Positions 37,446 to 49,875 of a stretch of 64,000 bases of DNA are shown one piece after another; the stretch's first letter is position 1, and each line of letters begins with the position of its first letter. Both the position numbers and the translations under genes were made by a program. Below the pieces are notes generated by a model. That model ran no database searches. It was not told where the DNA came from and saw nothing but the letters and a program-made list of their open reading frames with translations. The stretch is from Octopus sinensis (taxonomy: Eukaryota), in assembly GCF_006345805.1 (NCBI RefSeq), contig NC_042999.1, forward strand, positions 42,904,001 through 42,968,000, given 5' to 3'.

Positions 37446-39095
37446 GTCTCTCTCTCTCTCTTTTTTGTGTCTCTCCCCCCCCCTTTCTTACTGCTTGTGT
37501 ATGTGCTTGTCTGACTGTCTTGTGTATGTGCTTGTCCGACTGTCTTCTCTCTATAGTTTGCTCTAACAGAACATCTACGTTTAAGTGGGTGACAATATTA
37601 CTCCCGGTATTAATACTGCCTTTGTTGCTAATATATATAAAATACACAATGAAACATAAAAAAAACATGAATTTATTTAACAGATTGTTACAAATTAATA
37701 CACTTCTAAAGCGGAGAATGTTTAATTCTTATCAATATACTTTAAAAAGTAAAGAACAAAACTAGTTTTAACACACTGTACACAACAACTATTAAAAAAA
37801 ATATACGGTGGTTTGGTAATTCCAGATTTCTGAAAGCCAGATAAGTGCTCCGACACTAATACATATTTCTGTGTAATGTGCAAGGGAGATAAATTAACTT
37901 ATAATTAACTCCCTTGAGCAAAAAATATCATTGGATTACATTTTTTTAAATAACTAGTTTTCTTATTGTTGAATCTCAAAACACACCAGGAAGTTATAGC
38001 ATCGATATATATTATCTATTTTACTCTATGGGACTAATACCTATATATTTTTTTCCATACAGTGCATTAAATATTTATTTTCCTCTTTTCATGTTTTCGC
38101 CATGAGTTGTCTACCTTGAAGTCCTGAACATGTTTTGAAAATGAATGGAGCTTTAAATAATTCTGGATACCTACACCCTTAGAATTTTTAGTTGTTTTTT
38201 ATTAATTTACTTAGGTAAGTATTGAAAATAATTTTTAATATGTCTATAAACAAAATTAGTTATATTTACTGTTATGATTTGAAATATAATTACATATAAT
38301 TATTTCTACAACCTGCTGGTTCGTTATTCTTTTTCATCGTACAGTCTGTTGTGGCAACGGTTTGTTTAAAAATTATGATTTAGTTTTAATGATAATTTCT
38401 CCATCATAAAGTCATTCAAACTTTTAAATAATGAGTTTTATTGAGTTTCACAAGCGGAAATAACACAGTATGGGACCAAATGAGAGTGCAGCATTTAGTT
38501 TTGTCCCACTACGATGAGTGCATATCCGGCCGAATCGAGTAAACTTCTGTGGTCGCACGTCTTGCTAGAAATAGCAGTCGAATCTTCAAACCCCACCCTG
38601 ATCGTCTTAGGAAAGAAGGATACATTAGGTAATTTAGTCCATAGATGTACTGCGTCTGGAGAAGAAGATTGAGTCGAAGTTAAATAATAACAATCGGACA
38701 GATCTGTGGTTAATAGCAACTAAAACAACAATACCTACTCTTTCATACTTCCAGGTCTTGTATTGTAACTACTGGTTACAGCTCCGAGTTTATTCAGTTT
38801 ACTCTACGCTTCCTTTACAAAAGTGTAGAACTTCGAGGGACATCTATTCCAGAATTTCGCCAAAATATTGATTTTTATTCCGTGCGTTATTTAGTTATAC
38901 GTCTTTACGTTTCAAGTTCAAATCTCGCTACGGTCAAATTTGCCTTTCATTTATTCACAGCCTGTCTCTCGCTCGGCATCGATAACAAAAAAGGGCTATC
39001 GTGAAGTACACGACCAAAACGTTTTGTGAAAAAGTAGTTTAACATTATGAAGTTATGGTAATTAAAGTTCTGTTGTCCGAACATTTCTTTCAATG

Positions 39096-39120
<25 letters not shown>

Positions 39121-39133
<13 letters not shown>

Positions 39134-41516
39134 ACCAACCGCAATGTGTTGAAATGTACACATTTCGGGCCACATGCATCCTAATAACTAAATAGAAAAG
39201 CAGTTGAGAACTTATATATAAAATACCTGAGATCTAAATGGAATTATAATTAAAAGTATTAACTTATTTTATTAACGTTTCATCTTCGAACACTTCAGCG
39301 GCGTGCAAAATTTTCTGTGTCGCTTTTCAAAATAATTTTTTTATCACCGAAAATCTCAACAATGCTTTCAAATACGACAAAGGAGTATATCAAAAGGGCT
39401 ATGTTGTTTACATCATGTTGTGACTCATTTCTCACCTTTAATTAACGAAATAACAAAAACAATCTTTGCATCCCTTTTGTATCCTGGCGCAATACAAACT
39501 AAATATTATTTCTACTTTATTTTAAACGGAAACTAATTTAATTCTATTTCGCTTTTGGATTTGGTTTGCAAGATTCTTTATGTGAGTTCGTGTGTTGAAG
39601 CATATTCTGTTGTGTCTGGGGAGAGTCATTTTCTTTTCGTGCCTTATTATTTAACACACTCACCGGTAACATTTCCACTTATTTCTTACTTTCACTTTTT
39701 TGTCTTGACTATTAATAGTCAAGACTTGAAAAGGTCACAAGACGCAACGAAAATTTTAGGAAAATAAGAAATAAGTGGAAATTTACCGGTGAGTGTGTTA
39801 CATTATAAGGCGCAAAAAGAAAATGACTCTTCCCAGACACAACAGAATAATTTAATTCTATTTGCCAACGTAAAGTGGCAGTCCTGATTAGGACGATTTT
39901 ACTACCTTTTTTAACACCAGGAAAACATCTTTTCCATCTGGCTACCGACGCACAACTGCGTCCTTACACTTCTCGTCCTTATTCTTCAATACTTCTCGCT
40001 CAGAAATTTAAAACTAATTGATTTCCTCCTTAATTTAATTCTACTTTTTACTTATGAATATTTTGAATATTTGTCGTGTGTATCTGTGTATAATGTATTA
40101 ATGTGTTTACTTATTTTAATATAGTATTTAAATTATGCATTTTACTTGTTTCAGTCATTTGACAGTGGCCATGCTGGAGCACCGCCTTTAGTCGAGCACA
40201 TCGACCCCAGAACTTATTTGTAAGCCTAGTACTTATTGTATCGGTCTCTTTTGCCGAACCGCTATGTTACGGGGACGTAAGCACACCAGCATCGGATGTT
40301 GGGGGGACAGACATATACACACACACACACACAACCAACCGCAATGTGTTGAAATGTACACATTTCGGGCCACATGCATCCTAATAACTAAATAGAAAAG
40401 CAGTTGAGAACTTATATATAAAATACCTGAGATCTAAATGGAATTATAATTAAAAGTATTAACTTATTTTATTAACGTTTCATCTTCGAACACTTCAGCG
40501 GCGTGCAAAATTTTCTGTGTCGCTTTTCAAAATAATTTTTTTATCACCGAAAATCTCAACAATGCTTTCAAATACGACAAAGGAGTATATCAAAAGGGCT
40601 ATGTTGTTTACATCATGTTGTGACTCATTTCTCACCTTTAATTAACGAAATAACAAAAACAATCTTTGCATCCCTTTTGTATCCTGGCGCAATACAAACT
40701 AAATATTATTTCTACTTTATTTTAAACGGAAACTAATTTAATTCTATTTCGCTTTTGGATTTGGTTTGCAAGATTCTTTATGTGAGTTCGTGTGTTGAAG
40801 CATATTCTGTTGTGTCTGGGGAGAGTCATTTTCTTTTCGTGCCTTATTATTTAACACACTCACCGGTAACATTTCCACTTATTTCTTACTTTCACTTTTT
40901 TGTCTTGACTATTAATAGTCAAGACTTGAAAAGGTCACAAGACGCAACGAAAATTTTAGGAAAATAAGAAATAAGTGGAAATTTACCGGTGAGTGTGTTA
41001 CATTATAAGGCGCAAAAAGAAAATGACTCTTCCCAGACACAACAGAATAATTTAATTCTATTTGCCAACGTAAAGTGGCAGTCCTGATTAGGACGATTTT
41101 ACTACCTTTTTTAACACCAGGAAAACATCTTTTCCATCTGGCTACCGACGCACAACTGCGTCCTTACACTTCTCGTCCTTATTCTTCAATACTTCTCGCT
41201 CAGAAATTTAAAACTAATTGATTTACTCAATTTACTTAATTTAATTCTACTTTTTACTTATGAATATTTTGAATATTTGTCGTGTGTATCTGTGTATAAT
41301 GTATTAATGTGTTTACTTATTTTAATATAGTATTTAAATTATGCATTTTACTTGTTTCAGTCATTTGACAGTGGCCATGCTGGAGCACCGCCTTTAGTCG
41401 AGCACATCGACCCCAGAACTTATTTGTAAGCCTAGTACTTATTGTATCGGTCTCTTTTGCCGAACCGCTATGTTACGGGGACGTAAGCACACCAGCATCG
41501 GATGTTGGGGGGACAG

Positions 41517-41526
<10 letters not shown>
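39121..41526. repeat. Near-identical direct tandem duplication with a 1200-bp period
   Basis: 39121-40320 vs 40321-41526; the only difference seen is a small +6 change near 41225-41235; breakpoints lie in (CA)n tracts. Confidence 0.95.
39550..39847. mobile_element. Head-to-head inverted insertion flanked by a 16-bp direct repeat (duplicated at 40750-41047)
   Basis: Arms 39603-39690 and 39760-39849 are complementary; centre is the perfect palindrome GTCTTGACTATTAATAGTCAAGAC; TAATTTAATTCTATTT at 39534-39549 and 39848-39863; a related single arm is at ~59700-59845. Confidence 0.75.
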
Positions 41527-41557
<31 letters not shown>

Positions 41558-41729
41558 CATGCATACGACAAGCTTCTTTCAGTTTCCGTCTACCAAATCC
41601 ACTCATGAGGCTCTGGTCAGCCTAAGGCTATTGTAGAAGACACTTGCCCAAGGTGCCACGCAGTGCAACTGAACTCGGAACCATGTGGTTCATAAGCAAG
41701 CTACTTACCACACAGCCACTCCTACGCCT
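41346..41729 (-). mobile_element. Octopod CORE-like SINE
   Basis: Reverse complement of the 27129-27684 family. Confidence 0.88.
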
Positions 41730-42399
41730 ATGTTTCTTTCATGTATATTATCTTAATTTTGTGTTTGGGAAGAGTATAGAAAACTAAGTTTTGTCTACTA
41801 AATTGTTTGGATAATCGCTCACTATATTAAAATCCTATTTTACTTTTAATATAAGTTGAGATATAATCAAAGTGTTTGAATGCATGTTGTGCTATTACAT
41901 ACGCACACAGGCATACAATTTTTTATTATTTTTTTACTTGCTGCATCTGGAGGAAAGGATGGTTTCTGTATCTATACAGGCCCTCCTTGACAGGTTATTT
42001 GATGTTTTTGTGAGTCAACATCTACCAGAAAGAAGGGAGAGAATACCAGAGAAATTACGTCCTGAGAAGGAAGGAAGAACTGGGCATAGAGATTAATGCG
42101 GGGCCTGCCTGGGGAGATGGACACAACAAGGCTGATGAGAGATGAAGAGGAGAATGGGACAAGAATGCCCACCAACACAGTCACTTCCAAAGGCCATTAT
42201 AGTGTCAGTAAAAAAGGCACAGAGAGGAGACAGCATGCCTTGTGGGCAAGGGGCTAGGACACATCTATGAGTGTCTTTAGGAATGCCTGCTAACACTGTC
42301 ACCTCCAAAGAGCAAAGGCCATCATAGTAGTTGTAGAAAAGGCACAGAGAAGAGAAAGCATGCTTTGTGAGTAAGAGGTTAGGGGTCATCTGTGAGTGA

Positions 42400-42830
42400 T
42401 TTTATGCCAATCAGTCAGGTGACCCTTTTTCTGGATGCAGTCCAACACATCTGTGTGTTGAACAACAATGCTGTCACAGATGGGAGAGCTAATACTCCAT
42501 TCTGAGCTCTCCTAAGTTTTATAGAATATCAGTAATCTAGAATTGGGGAGGGGAAATTATCATCTGACCAGTCTTTGGAATATGACTATAGTTATGTTAA
42601 TGATGTTTATTTACCAGGGATAGGTCCTCAGTCTAAGTGAGACCCAATAATTGAAGTGATTTAGAATGCTATGAGCACTGCTCATGATTGAAAAGGAGTG
42701 TGGAGTTGGCTGCAAAGCAGACAGTGAAGGTGGAGGCTTTCTCTGTAAGAGAATTGCTCACAGAACAATCTGTATTGTGAAGTGGAGGGAAAGAGAAGGC
42801 TTGGATTGTTTACTGGATTCAATGTGTCCA
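42400..42830 (-). pseudogene. Possible very decayed LINE APE-endonuclease-region relic
   Basis: Composition and fragmentary peptides resemble CR1/L2-type endonuclease regions, but no clean motif could be recovered. Confidence 0.25.
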
Positions 42831-43229
42831 AAGACTGCATAATGCTCCAATGTCTACTTTGGTATAGTTTGTACGGTTGGATCCCCCTTCCTGATGCCAA
42901 CCATTTTACAGCGTTTACTGGGTGCTATTTTTGTGCCGTTGGCATTGTTTAAGTCACCTTGCAGTTTTGTAAGAGTGCAAATCCCAAAGGAGGAGGTGAC
43001 TTTAGTATGAGAGGTGAAGGCAGACCAGGTTCTTGTAGAAGAGCTGCATGGTTATTCACATTTACTAGAGGAAGGAGAGAATGATCAGTTGAAGCTGTAA
43101 CCAGATAGATAGTGGTAATGAGATGTCCACATGGCCCCTCAAGGCGCGAGCTGAGTAGAAGAGGATGGCTGTGGTGTTTTCAAGATTGTGTGGGGAGCAT
43201 AAGTCTATTTGATCAGTATTTATGTAGAG

Positions 43230-43634
43230 CTCTTTTACTCTTTTACTTGTTTCAGTCATTTGACTGCGGCCATGCTGGAGCACCGCCTTTTAGTCGAGCA
43301 AATCGACCCCGGGACTTATTCTTTGTAAGCCCAGTACTTATTCTATCGGTCTATTTTGCCGAACCGCTAAGTGACGGAGACGTAAACACACCAGCATCGG
43401 TTGTCAAGCAATGCTAGGGGGACAAACACAGACACACAAACACACACTCACATACATATACATATATATACGACAGGCTTCTTTCAGTTTCCGTCTACCA
43501 AATCCACTCACAAGGCATTGGTCGGCCCGAGGCTATAGCAGAAGACACTCGCCCAAGATGCCACGCAGTGGGACTGAACCCGGAACCATGTGGTTGGTTA
43601 GCAAGCTACTTACCACACAGCCACTCCTGCGCCT
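43230..43634 (-). mobile_element. Full-length octopod CORE-like SINE
   Basis: Near-identical to the copy at 55310-55735. Confidence 0.92.
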
Positions 43635-43805
43635 GATAGATACCACAAACAATCCGTTGAGCGAGCAAACCAAAATCGTTGCCAAATCACCCTCAAATTC
43701 CATTTTACAATCTTATATTAAAACGTGTTGTAGGTCCCCTACATTCATAAGAAAAAAGACAGGATGGTCACAGACAGAGAATTTTTGATTATAGATTTGA
43801 TTCTC

Positions 43806-44075
43806 AAGGCATGTGGCCTGATGGCTGGAGTGATGCACTAAAGATCTTATGATCATGGTCCCAATATCCCAACTGGGCTGTGCATTGTGTTATGTTCTTC
43901 AGCAACACAATTCATTTCATGTCGCTCCAGTCCACTCAGCTGTAAAGGAGTCCCAGCAATAGCTGCTGAGTTAACCCAGTGAAGGACTTCCATCCCATTG
44001 AGGAAAAAAGGGACACTGTAGTAATTTCATTCACTCGTATACCACAAAAATCAGGTTAAGTCAGGCTTTATGAGT
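43806..44075 (+). mobile_element. Old tRNA-derived SINE (V/Meta-like central domain)
   Basis: GCTCCAGTCCACTCAGCTG block shared with 58930-59283; degenerate tRNA head. Confidence 0.55.
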
Positions 44076-44420
44076 CTTAAAACACATGATAGAGCTATAG
44101 GTTTGACAGATCAATATTGACTGTTGTTGGTAGTGGTGGTGGTTGTGGTGAAAGTAGTGGTGGACAAACACTAACAACAACAACGACATTAAGGATATGA
44201 ATAATTCGATCCAATTCACTTTAAAATATGTCTCCCAAAAACATTCTGTCATTTATTATCCTCTTATATATCATAGATATGCGTTCTTTCTCTTCACACT
44301 TTCATTTTCTTCACAGTATTTGATCTCAATATGTTACCTTCATGATTTACATAGCTTGCAGGTGTGTGTACATTCATATATATATATGCGTGTGTATATA
44401 TATCTATATATATATATATA

Positions 44421-44492
<72 letters not shown>

Positions 44493-44524
44493 ATATATGT
44501 GTATATATATATAATATATATATG

Positions 44525-44555
<31 letters not shown>

Positions 44556-44859
44556 CCATCCCTGCTCCTGCCAGGAAAACAATATTTCACCACCACCATC
44601 GTCTCCCATGGCAATCTACTGTTGCCTGACTCCTCCTCTTAGTTGAGTTGGTGTACTTGCAACACTCTCATCTCTTGTCAGCACTTCTAATCTACTTAGC
44701 TTGGATTAGGAACTGAAAGTAGTTTTCTTGTGACCTTCCCCGCTCCCCATATGCAGTGTATATAACGTGTGTGTGTGTATGTATGTATGTATGTATGTAT
44801 GTATGTATGTATGTATTATATATATATATATACACGCACACACACACATGTATGTATGC

Positions 44860-44894
<35 letters not shown>

Positions 44895-45291
44895 AATGTG
44901 TGTGCTTATATATGTGCATGTGTATATATATATGTGTGTGTATGTATGTATGTATGTATCTATCTATATTTGTGTATATATGTACATCTTTATGTCTGTG
45001 TATATATGTTTATGTATGTATGCATATATGTTTATATATATGCGTGCGTGTGTATGTTATAGTATACTCTAGCTTCACCCTGCTGTACTACTGCCAGTAC
45101 TCTCACTCCCCTGGGCCACCTTTATTGCCAGCCAACACCTACTTTTGCTTTTACCCCCCCTACCTCTCTTCATTTCTGTCATTACCAGTTGCTCCTCTGT
45201 AGACTTAACCATCTCAAATTTGTCCCTCATCATTGCTCCTGGTTCTTCCACTCACCCATGCATTCTAGTCTTACTGACATCTTCTTCTCCC

Positions 45292-45327
<36 letters not shown>

Positions 45328-45581
45328 AGGTCACCTGGCCAAATGTACACACTCAAAGTTATTGAATACTTCCTGCCCTATATGCCTATCCCCCACTTTT
45401 CAACACCCCCTCTCTGACCTTTCTGATATGATTACTCCTCCTATTTCCCTTCCTTGGTCTGCATGCAGTTTATTGTACACAAGGCACCCTATCTCATGTA
45501 CTGATGCTACAACAGAACCTGTCATGCAACCATTCCTGATAAATGAACAGCGAGGCTTTCCTTCTAGGGCTTGTACCTTAA

Positions 45582-45793
45582 CCCAGCACTTAAATTGGCC
45601 ATATCCAACCTAAATATTCTATCTATTTTATATTCAAACCAGCCATATCCAGCCTCTCACACCTATTCTACAACATTACTCTAAAAATAAAGAATCATAT
45701 TGTTGAAATCACAAAGCTACAAGATAATACAATTCATAGCAATATGGATAGGTACGCATTACATTTGACTGTGTAATCTGAATGCTTAAAGGG
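45582..45793. mobile_element. piggyBac-type MITE
   Basis: TTAA-CCC...AAAGGG-TTAA ends; a related decayed copy lies at ~53040-53215 on the opposite strand. Confidence 0.65.
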
Positions 45794-45834
45794 TTAAAAA
45801 TGCTCCCAGTACTCAGTGTAAATAAAACCCTCAA

Positions 45835-46468
45835 TAACCCAGCTATTGATGTTCTCCTTCAGTTGCACCAGGGTCTCCGGTTTGTTGACGTAAACCCTCT
45901 CTTTCAGGTATCCCCACAAGAAAAAATCCAGGTTTGTCAAGTCTGGGGAACGTGAAAGCCAGTTGACATTGCCGTAGCAGGGTATTATTCTCTCTCCAAA
46001 GCACTGCCGTGGCAACTGCATTGTTTCTCTTATGGTATGAGCAGTTGCTCCATCTTGCTGGAACCATGGTGTGAGGTCTACTTTGAATGGCCTTCACATT
46101 CCTCAGACTTGACTAGCCCGGAATTTTTTCTTGTGGGGATACCTGAGAGGGTTTACGTCAACAAACCGGAGACTCTGGTGCAACTGAAGGAGAACATCAA
46201 TAGAGAAATCAGAGAAGTGGGGTCTGAAACACTTGAGGGAGTAATGGTGCAAGTTTTGGAAAGATCACGGGTGTGCAAAGCTGAAAAGGGCTGCCATTTA
46301 AGCAATGTGATTTTTCATATGTAATGTAGTGGTGTTGCAAAATTTGACTTGTGCATATTAATTTCCATTATGTCCTTTATATTGTATCAAAATTTCATGC
46401 ATTTATTTGTAAAGTTAAGGAAGTTATTAAAAATTGAAACCCATCAGTGACTTTTGGGACACCCTGTA
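45835..46468. mobile_element. Rearranged Tc1/mariner-superfamily transposon relic, DD41D (rosa-type)
   Basis: Minus strand WFQQDGATAHT...WLSRSPDLTNLDFFLWGYLK has 41 residues between the second and third catalytic D; the plus strand repeats the C-terminus; right TIR ...GGGACACCCTG|TA at 46466-46468. Confidence 0.85.
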
Positions 46469-46679
46469 GTTGCTTCTGTTTTAGGCACAAGGCCTGAAAT
46501 TTTGAGGGAGAGGGTTAGTCATTTGCCTCAATCCCTGTATTTAACTGGGTGTTGTTTTATCAAACCCCTGCCAAAAGAATGAAAGGTAGAGTCGACCTCA
46601 GCAAAGTTTGAACTCAGAATGTAAAGTTGGAAGAAATGCCGCTAAGCATTTTGTCAGGCGCAGTAAGGATTCTTCCAGC

Positions 46680-46995
46680 TCATCATCATTGTTTAACGTC
46701 CGTTCTCCATGCTAGCATGGGTTGGACAGTTCGACCGGGGATCTGGGAAGCCAGAAGGCTGCACCAGGCCCAGTCTGATCTGGCAGTGTTTCTACAGCTG
46801 GATGCCCTTCCTAACGCCAACCACTCCGTGAGTGTAGTGGGTGCTTTTTACGTGCCACCTGCACAGGTGCCAGGCGAGGCTGGCAACAGCCATGATCAGA
46901 TTAGTGCATTTTACGTGCCACCGGCACGGAAGCCAGTCAAGGCGGCGCTGGCATCGGCCACGATTCGGATGGTGCTTTTTACGTGCCACCGGCAA
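46680..46995 (-). mobile_element. RTE-related 3'-tail repeat with internal ~55-bp subrepeats
   Basis: GGATGCCCTTCCTAACGCCAACC block and (CAT)n tail; sister copies at ~48385-48700, ~52800-53000 and ~60125-60325. Confidence 0.7.
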
Positions 46996-47407
46996 TAATT
47001 CTTTCTCCTATAGGCACAAGGCCTGAAATTTTGTGAGGAGAGTTTTGTCAATTATATTGATCCCCATGCTCAACTGGTATTTATTTTATTGATCCCACCA
47101 GGATATAATAATCCTTTGTACTGTAGGCACAAGGCCTGTGGGCAGAAGGTTAGTTGACTACGTGAACCCCAGTGCTCAGCTGGTGCCTATATCCTCTAAC
47201 CCAAGGAGATTGAAAGGCAAAGCCCATGTAGTTGTTCAGTCAGTTAAACTACCAGACTCATTGAATTAACTTGTAAGTGGCTGAGTACTCCACAGATACA
47301 TGTAAAGTCTTCATGAAATCTTCAAGCAGAATCAGTGTGAATCAGCTCATTAAATTGCTGCTCCCGTAGCAAAGGGGAGAAAAAGAAAAAAGATCAAGGT
47401 CAGGACA

Positions 47408-47758
47408 TTGCTGGCAGTTGATGCTACACTGCCGGCATGCCCTGAAACTTTGTCGGTGGGAACTGTGCCACCGACAGAGGAAACTGTGGCCCCTCCCAGA
47501 GCGACGAGAGATGATTTTGTTATCTTCCTCCATAAGGGAGGGGCAATACAGAGCTTCTTAAGGAAGCTAGAGGGCCGAAGGGAGGAGCCCATGCTCTGGA
47601 CTGAAGACCCGGATTGGCCTCTGCAGGTGACTATGGAGGTCATATCGGAAGTTAATATGTTCAGGGTGTTGGACTTCTTCCCGAAGGACCAGTTTAAGTT
47701 CGCCTTCTGGGGCCCCGACCTGGAGCTGGAGCATTGCCTGCGGGAGGCAAAAGCATGA
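47408..47758 (+). other. GC-rich non-repetitive 116-aa ORF remnant, probably a retroelement ORF C-terminus
   Basis: Complex coding-like sequence unlike its surroundings; no recognisable domain or splice context. Confidence 0.3.
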
Positions 47759-48384
47759 TTGGGGAGAAAGGATAAAGAGGCTTTAGTGCCTAAAATGTTT
47801 ATTGTATGTTATTGTTTGTAAGAGGCTCAGCACTTCAATTTGTAATGGACTATTAAGTCCAGTAATAGTAAGAACTGAGGTAAGAGGTTTAATACCACGT
47901 TTTGTTTTTTGAAGAAGCAGAAGATCGGCGGGCATCTTTTGCTCCTCTCATTAATATCATAATTTCGTTTATCATTTCATCTCATTAATGTAATGTCCAA
48001 CCTGCAGCTATATCTGTATAATGCCCTTGTGGCAAATTATAGGAATAAAAGTTGCTGCTTATCTGTGTCTAGAGCATATAAGCCATCAAGAGTAAAATCC
48101 TTGTCCATTCCATCACAGGATCAACATGATTAATGTTATGGAAATTTTACTGAAATGATGCTTCTGATAAAACTGAAGTTGGAGTTTTGGTTCCATTTCT
48201 CAGTTGTCATTTTACTTTACCCACCACAAATACATGCAGTTTCTGTTCCTGGCCTTTGTCAATATCCTGAAGAAGGATAAGCTTCTTCCTGCAGTCTTTG
48301 TCACCATGATTCAGCTGCATGAAGAGAAGCTTTAAAGAGGGCACCCCCACTAACACTGCTGGTCCACTTAAGAATTAAAATATG

Positions 48385-48700
48385 TGGGCACATAAAAAGC
48401 ACCATCCGAACGTGACCGATGCCAGCACCGCCTTGGCTGGCTTCCGTGCCGGTGGCACGTTAAAAGCACCAACCGATTGTGGCCAATGCCGGACCCCCCT
48501 GGCACCTGTGCAGGTGGCACGTAAAAAGCACCCACTACGCTCGCGGAGTGGTTGGCGTTAGGAAGGGCATCCAGCTGTAGAAACTCTGCCAGATCAGACT
48601 GGAGCCTGGTGCTGGCCCTGGCTTCCCAGACCTCGGTCGAACCGTCCAACTCGTGCTAGCGCTGAAAACGGACGTTAAACGATGATGATGATGATGATGA
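48385..48700 (+). mobile_element. RTE-related 3'-tail repeat
   Basis: Reverse-orientation copy of 46680-46995, ending in (GAT)n. Confidence 0.7.
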
Positions 48701-49078
48701 ATGTGATAAATTTTCAAACTTGAAATTACACCAGTTGCTCAATCTGCAAGAAATAGCAGTCAAAATTGCCTTCATTTCGCACCTTACCATCTTTACAAAA
48801 CAACAACAAAAAAAAGTGAGCATGGCATATTGAATAATGTTGTCCTTAATGCACTGTCTAAAAGAAAAATGATGAAGGGTGATGTCTGTTACACTCTTGA
48901 ACATTTGTCTACTCAGTCAAAACTGACTTGGTATTTAACGACTTCATCAACATTAACAGCTTTTATCGTCATTGTCATCGTCGTGGTCACCATTCTGTTG
49001 TATCCATACCATACTATTTTATACTTGCAGTGCGTAAAGATGAATAAAAGGGGAGGAGAATTAACAACAAAAACAACA

Positions 49079-49210
49079 ATGGCAAGAAAAGGTGTTAAAA
49101 AAAAGAAGATCCTACCCTCCAACCCAAATGGACTGATTGTCAAGTGGCTAAAAGAATGGCAAATGGAAGCTAGTGAAAAAGGCAGCAAAGTTCAATATAC
49201 CTACAGCAAG
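49079..49210 (+). CDS. MUS81: Crossover junction endonuclease MUS81, first coding exon (alternative in-frame ATG at 49040; acceptor AG at 49029-49030)
   Basis: MARKGVKKKKILPSNPNGLIVKWLKEWQMEASEKGSKVQYTYSK aligns with the MUS81 N-terminus (human [20 protein letters not shown]...FVFQK); donor AAG|GTAACT, phase 0. Confidence 0.9.
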
Positions 49211-49594
49211 GTAACTTCAAATATTGTCAATGATGTCTCATAGTCGAAAGACATTCTGTGTTCACAGATGCCTCTCGCTGTGGCAATTATTATTTTTGTT
49301 TTTTCTGTTACTGTTGTTGCTTATCTGTTTCTTTTGTTGTATTCTTTTATTCGTTTCAGTTATCTGACTGTGGCCATACTGGAGCACTGCCTTTTTATTT
49401 TTTATTTATTTATTTTTTTTAGTCAAACAAATCCCCCCCCCCCAGGACTTATTCTTTGTAAGCCTAGTATTTATTCTATCGGTCTCTTTTGCCGAACTGC
49501 TTAGTTACAGGGATGTAAACACACCAACATCGGTTCTCAAGTGATGGGGGGAGGGGCAGGCACAGACACACAAACATATACATATATATATATA

Positions 49595-49639
<45 letters not shown>

Positions 49640-49640
<1 letters not shown>

Positions 49641-49875
49641 GTTAATCCAAACAAGAAAATACAAAAAAAACAAAAAACACAACAACACGAGGACGTGGAA
49701 CAAATATAGTATTATTGGGCGCTAAGGGAAGAAGGAGGGTTTAACGTTTCGAGCGGAGCTCTTCGTCAGAAACATAGGAGAAGGAAAGATCCCGAGAAGG
49801 GAAGACAGAGGAAAAAAATCGCCAACGGTACTCACGAGGTCACATTTTGAAAGACCGGAAGTAGAAAGGTGGGAT
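49640..49875 (-). mobile_element. Short PLE-type element inserted in the TA tract of a SINE in MUS81 intron 1
   Basis: Homologous to 36790-36990; the SINE halves lie at ~49330-49580 and ~50100-50260. Confidence 0.75.
49739..49773 (-). ncRNA. 35-nt minimal type I hammerhead ribozyme
   Basis: GTTT-CTGACGA-A-GAGC-TCC-GCTC-GAAA-CG-TT-AAAC: intact core, extra A after A9, ACGU palindrome in place of stem III, GUU site. Confidence 0.75.

Noticed and set aside
39555-40967. Duplicated 70-aa ORF as a tandem gene pair
   Set aside because: It starts at a non-ATG codon and lies within an inverted repeat element copied by the 1.2-kb duplication.
48830-49078. N-terminal part of ORF 48830-49243 as protein
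   Set aside because: MUS81 similarity starts only near 49079-49110, a splice acceptor lies at 49030, and the frame beyond 49210 is intron.
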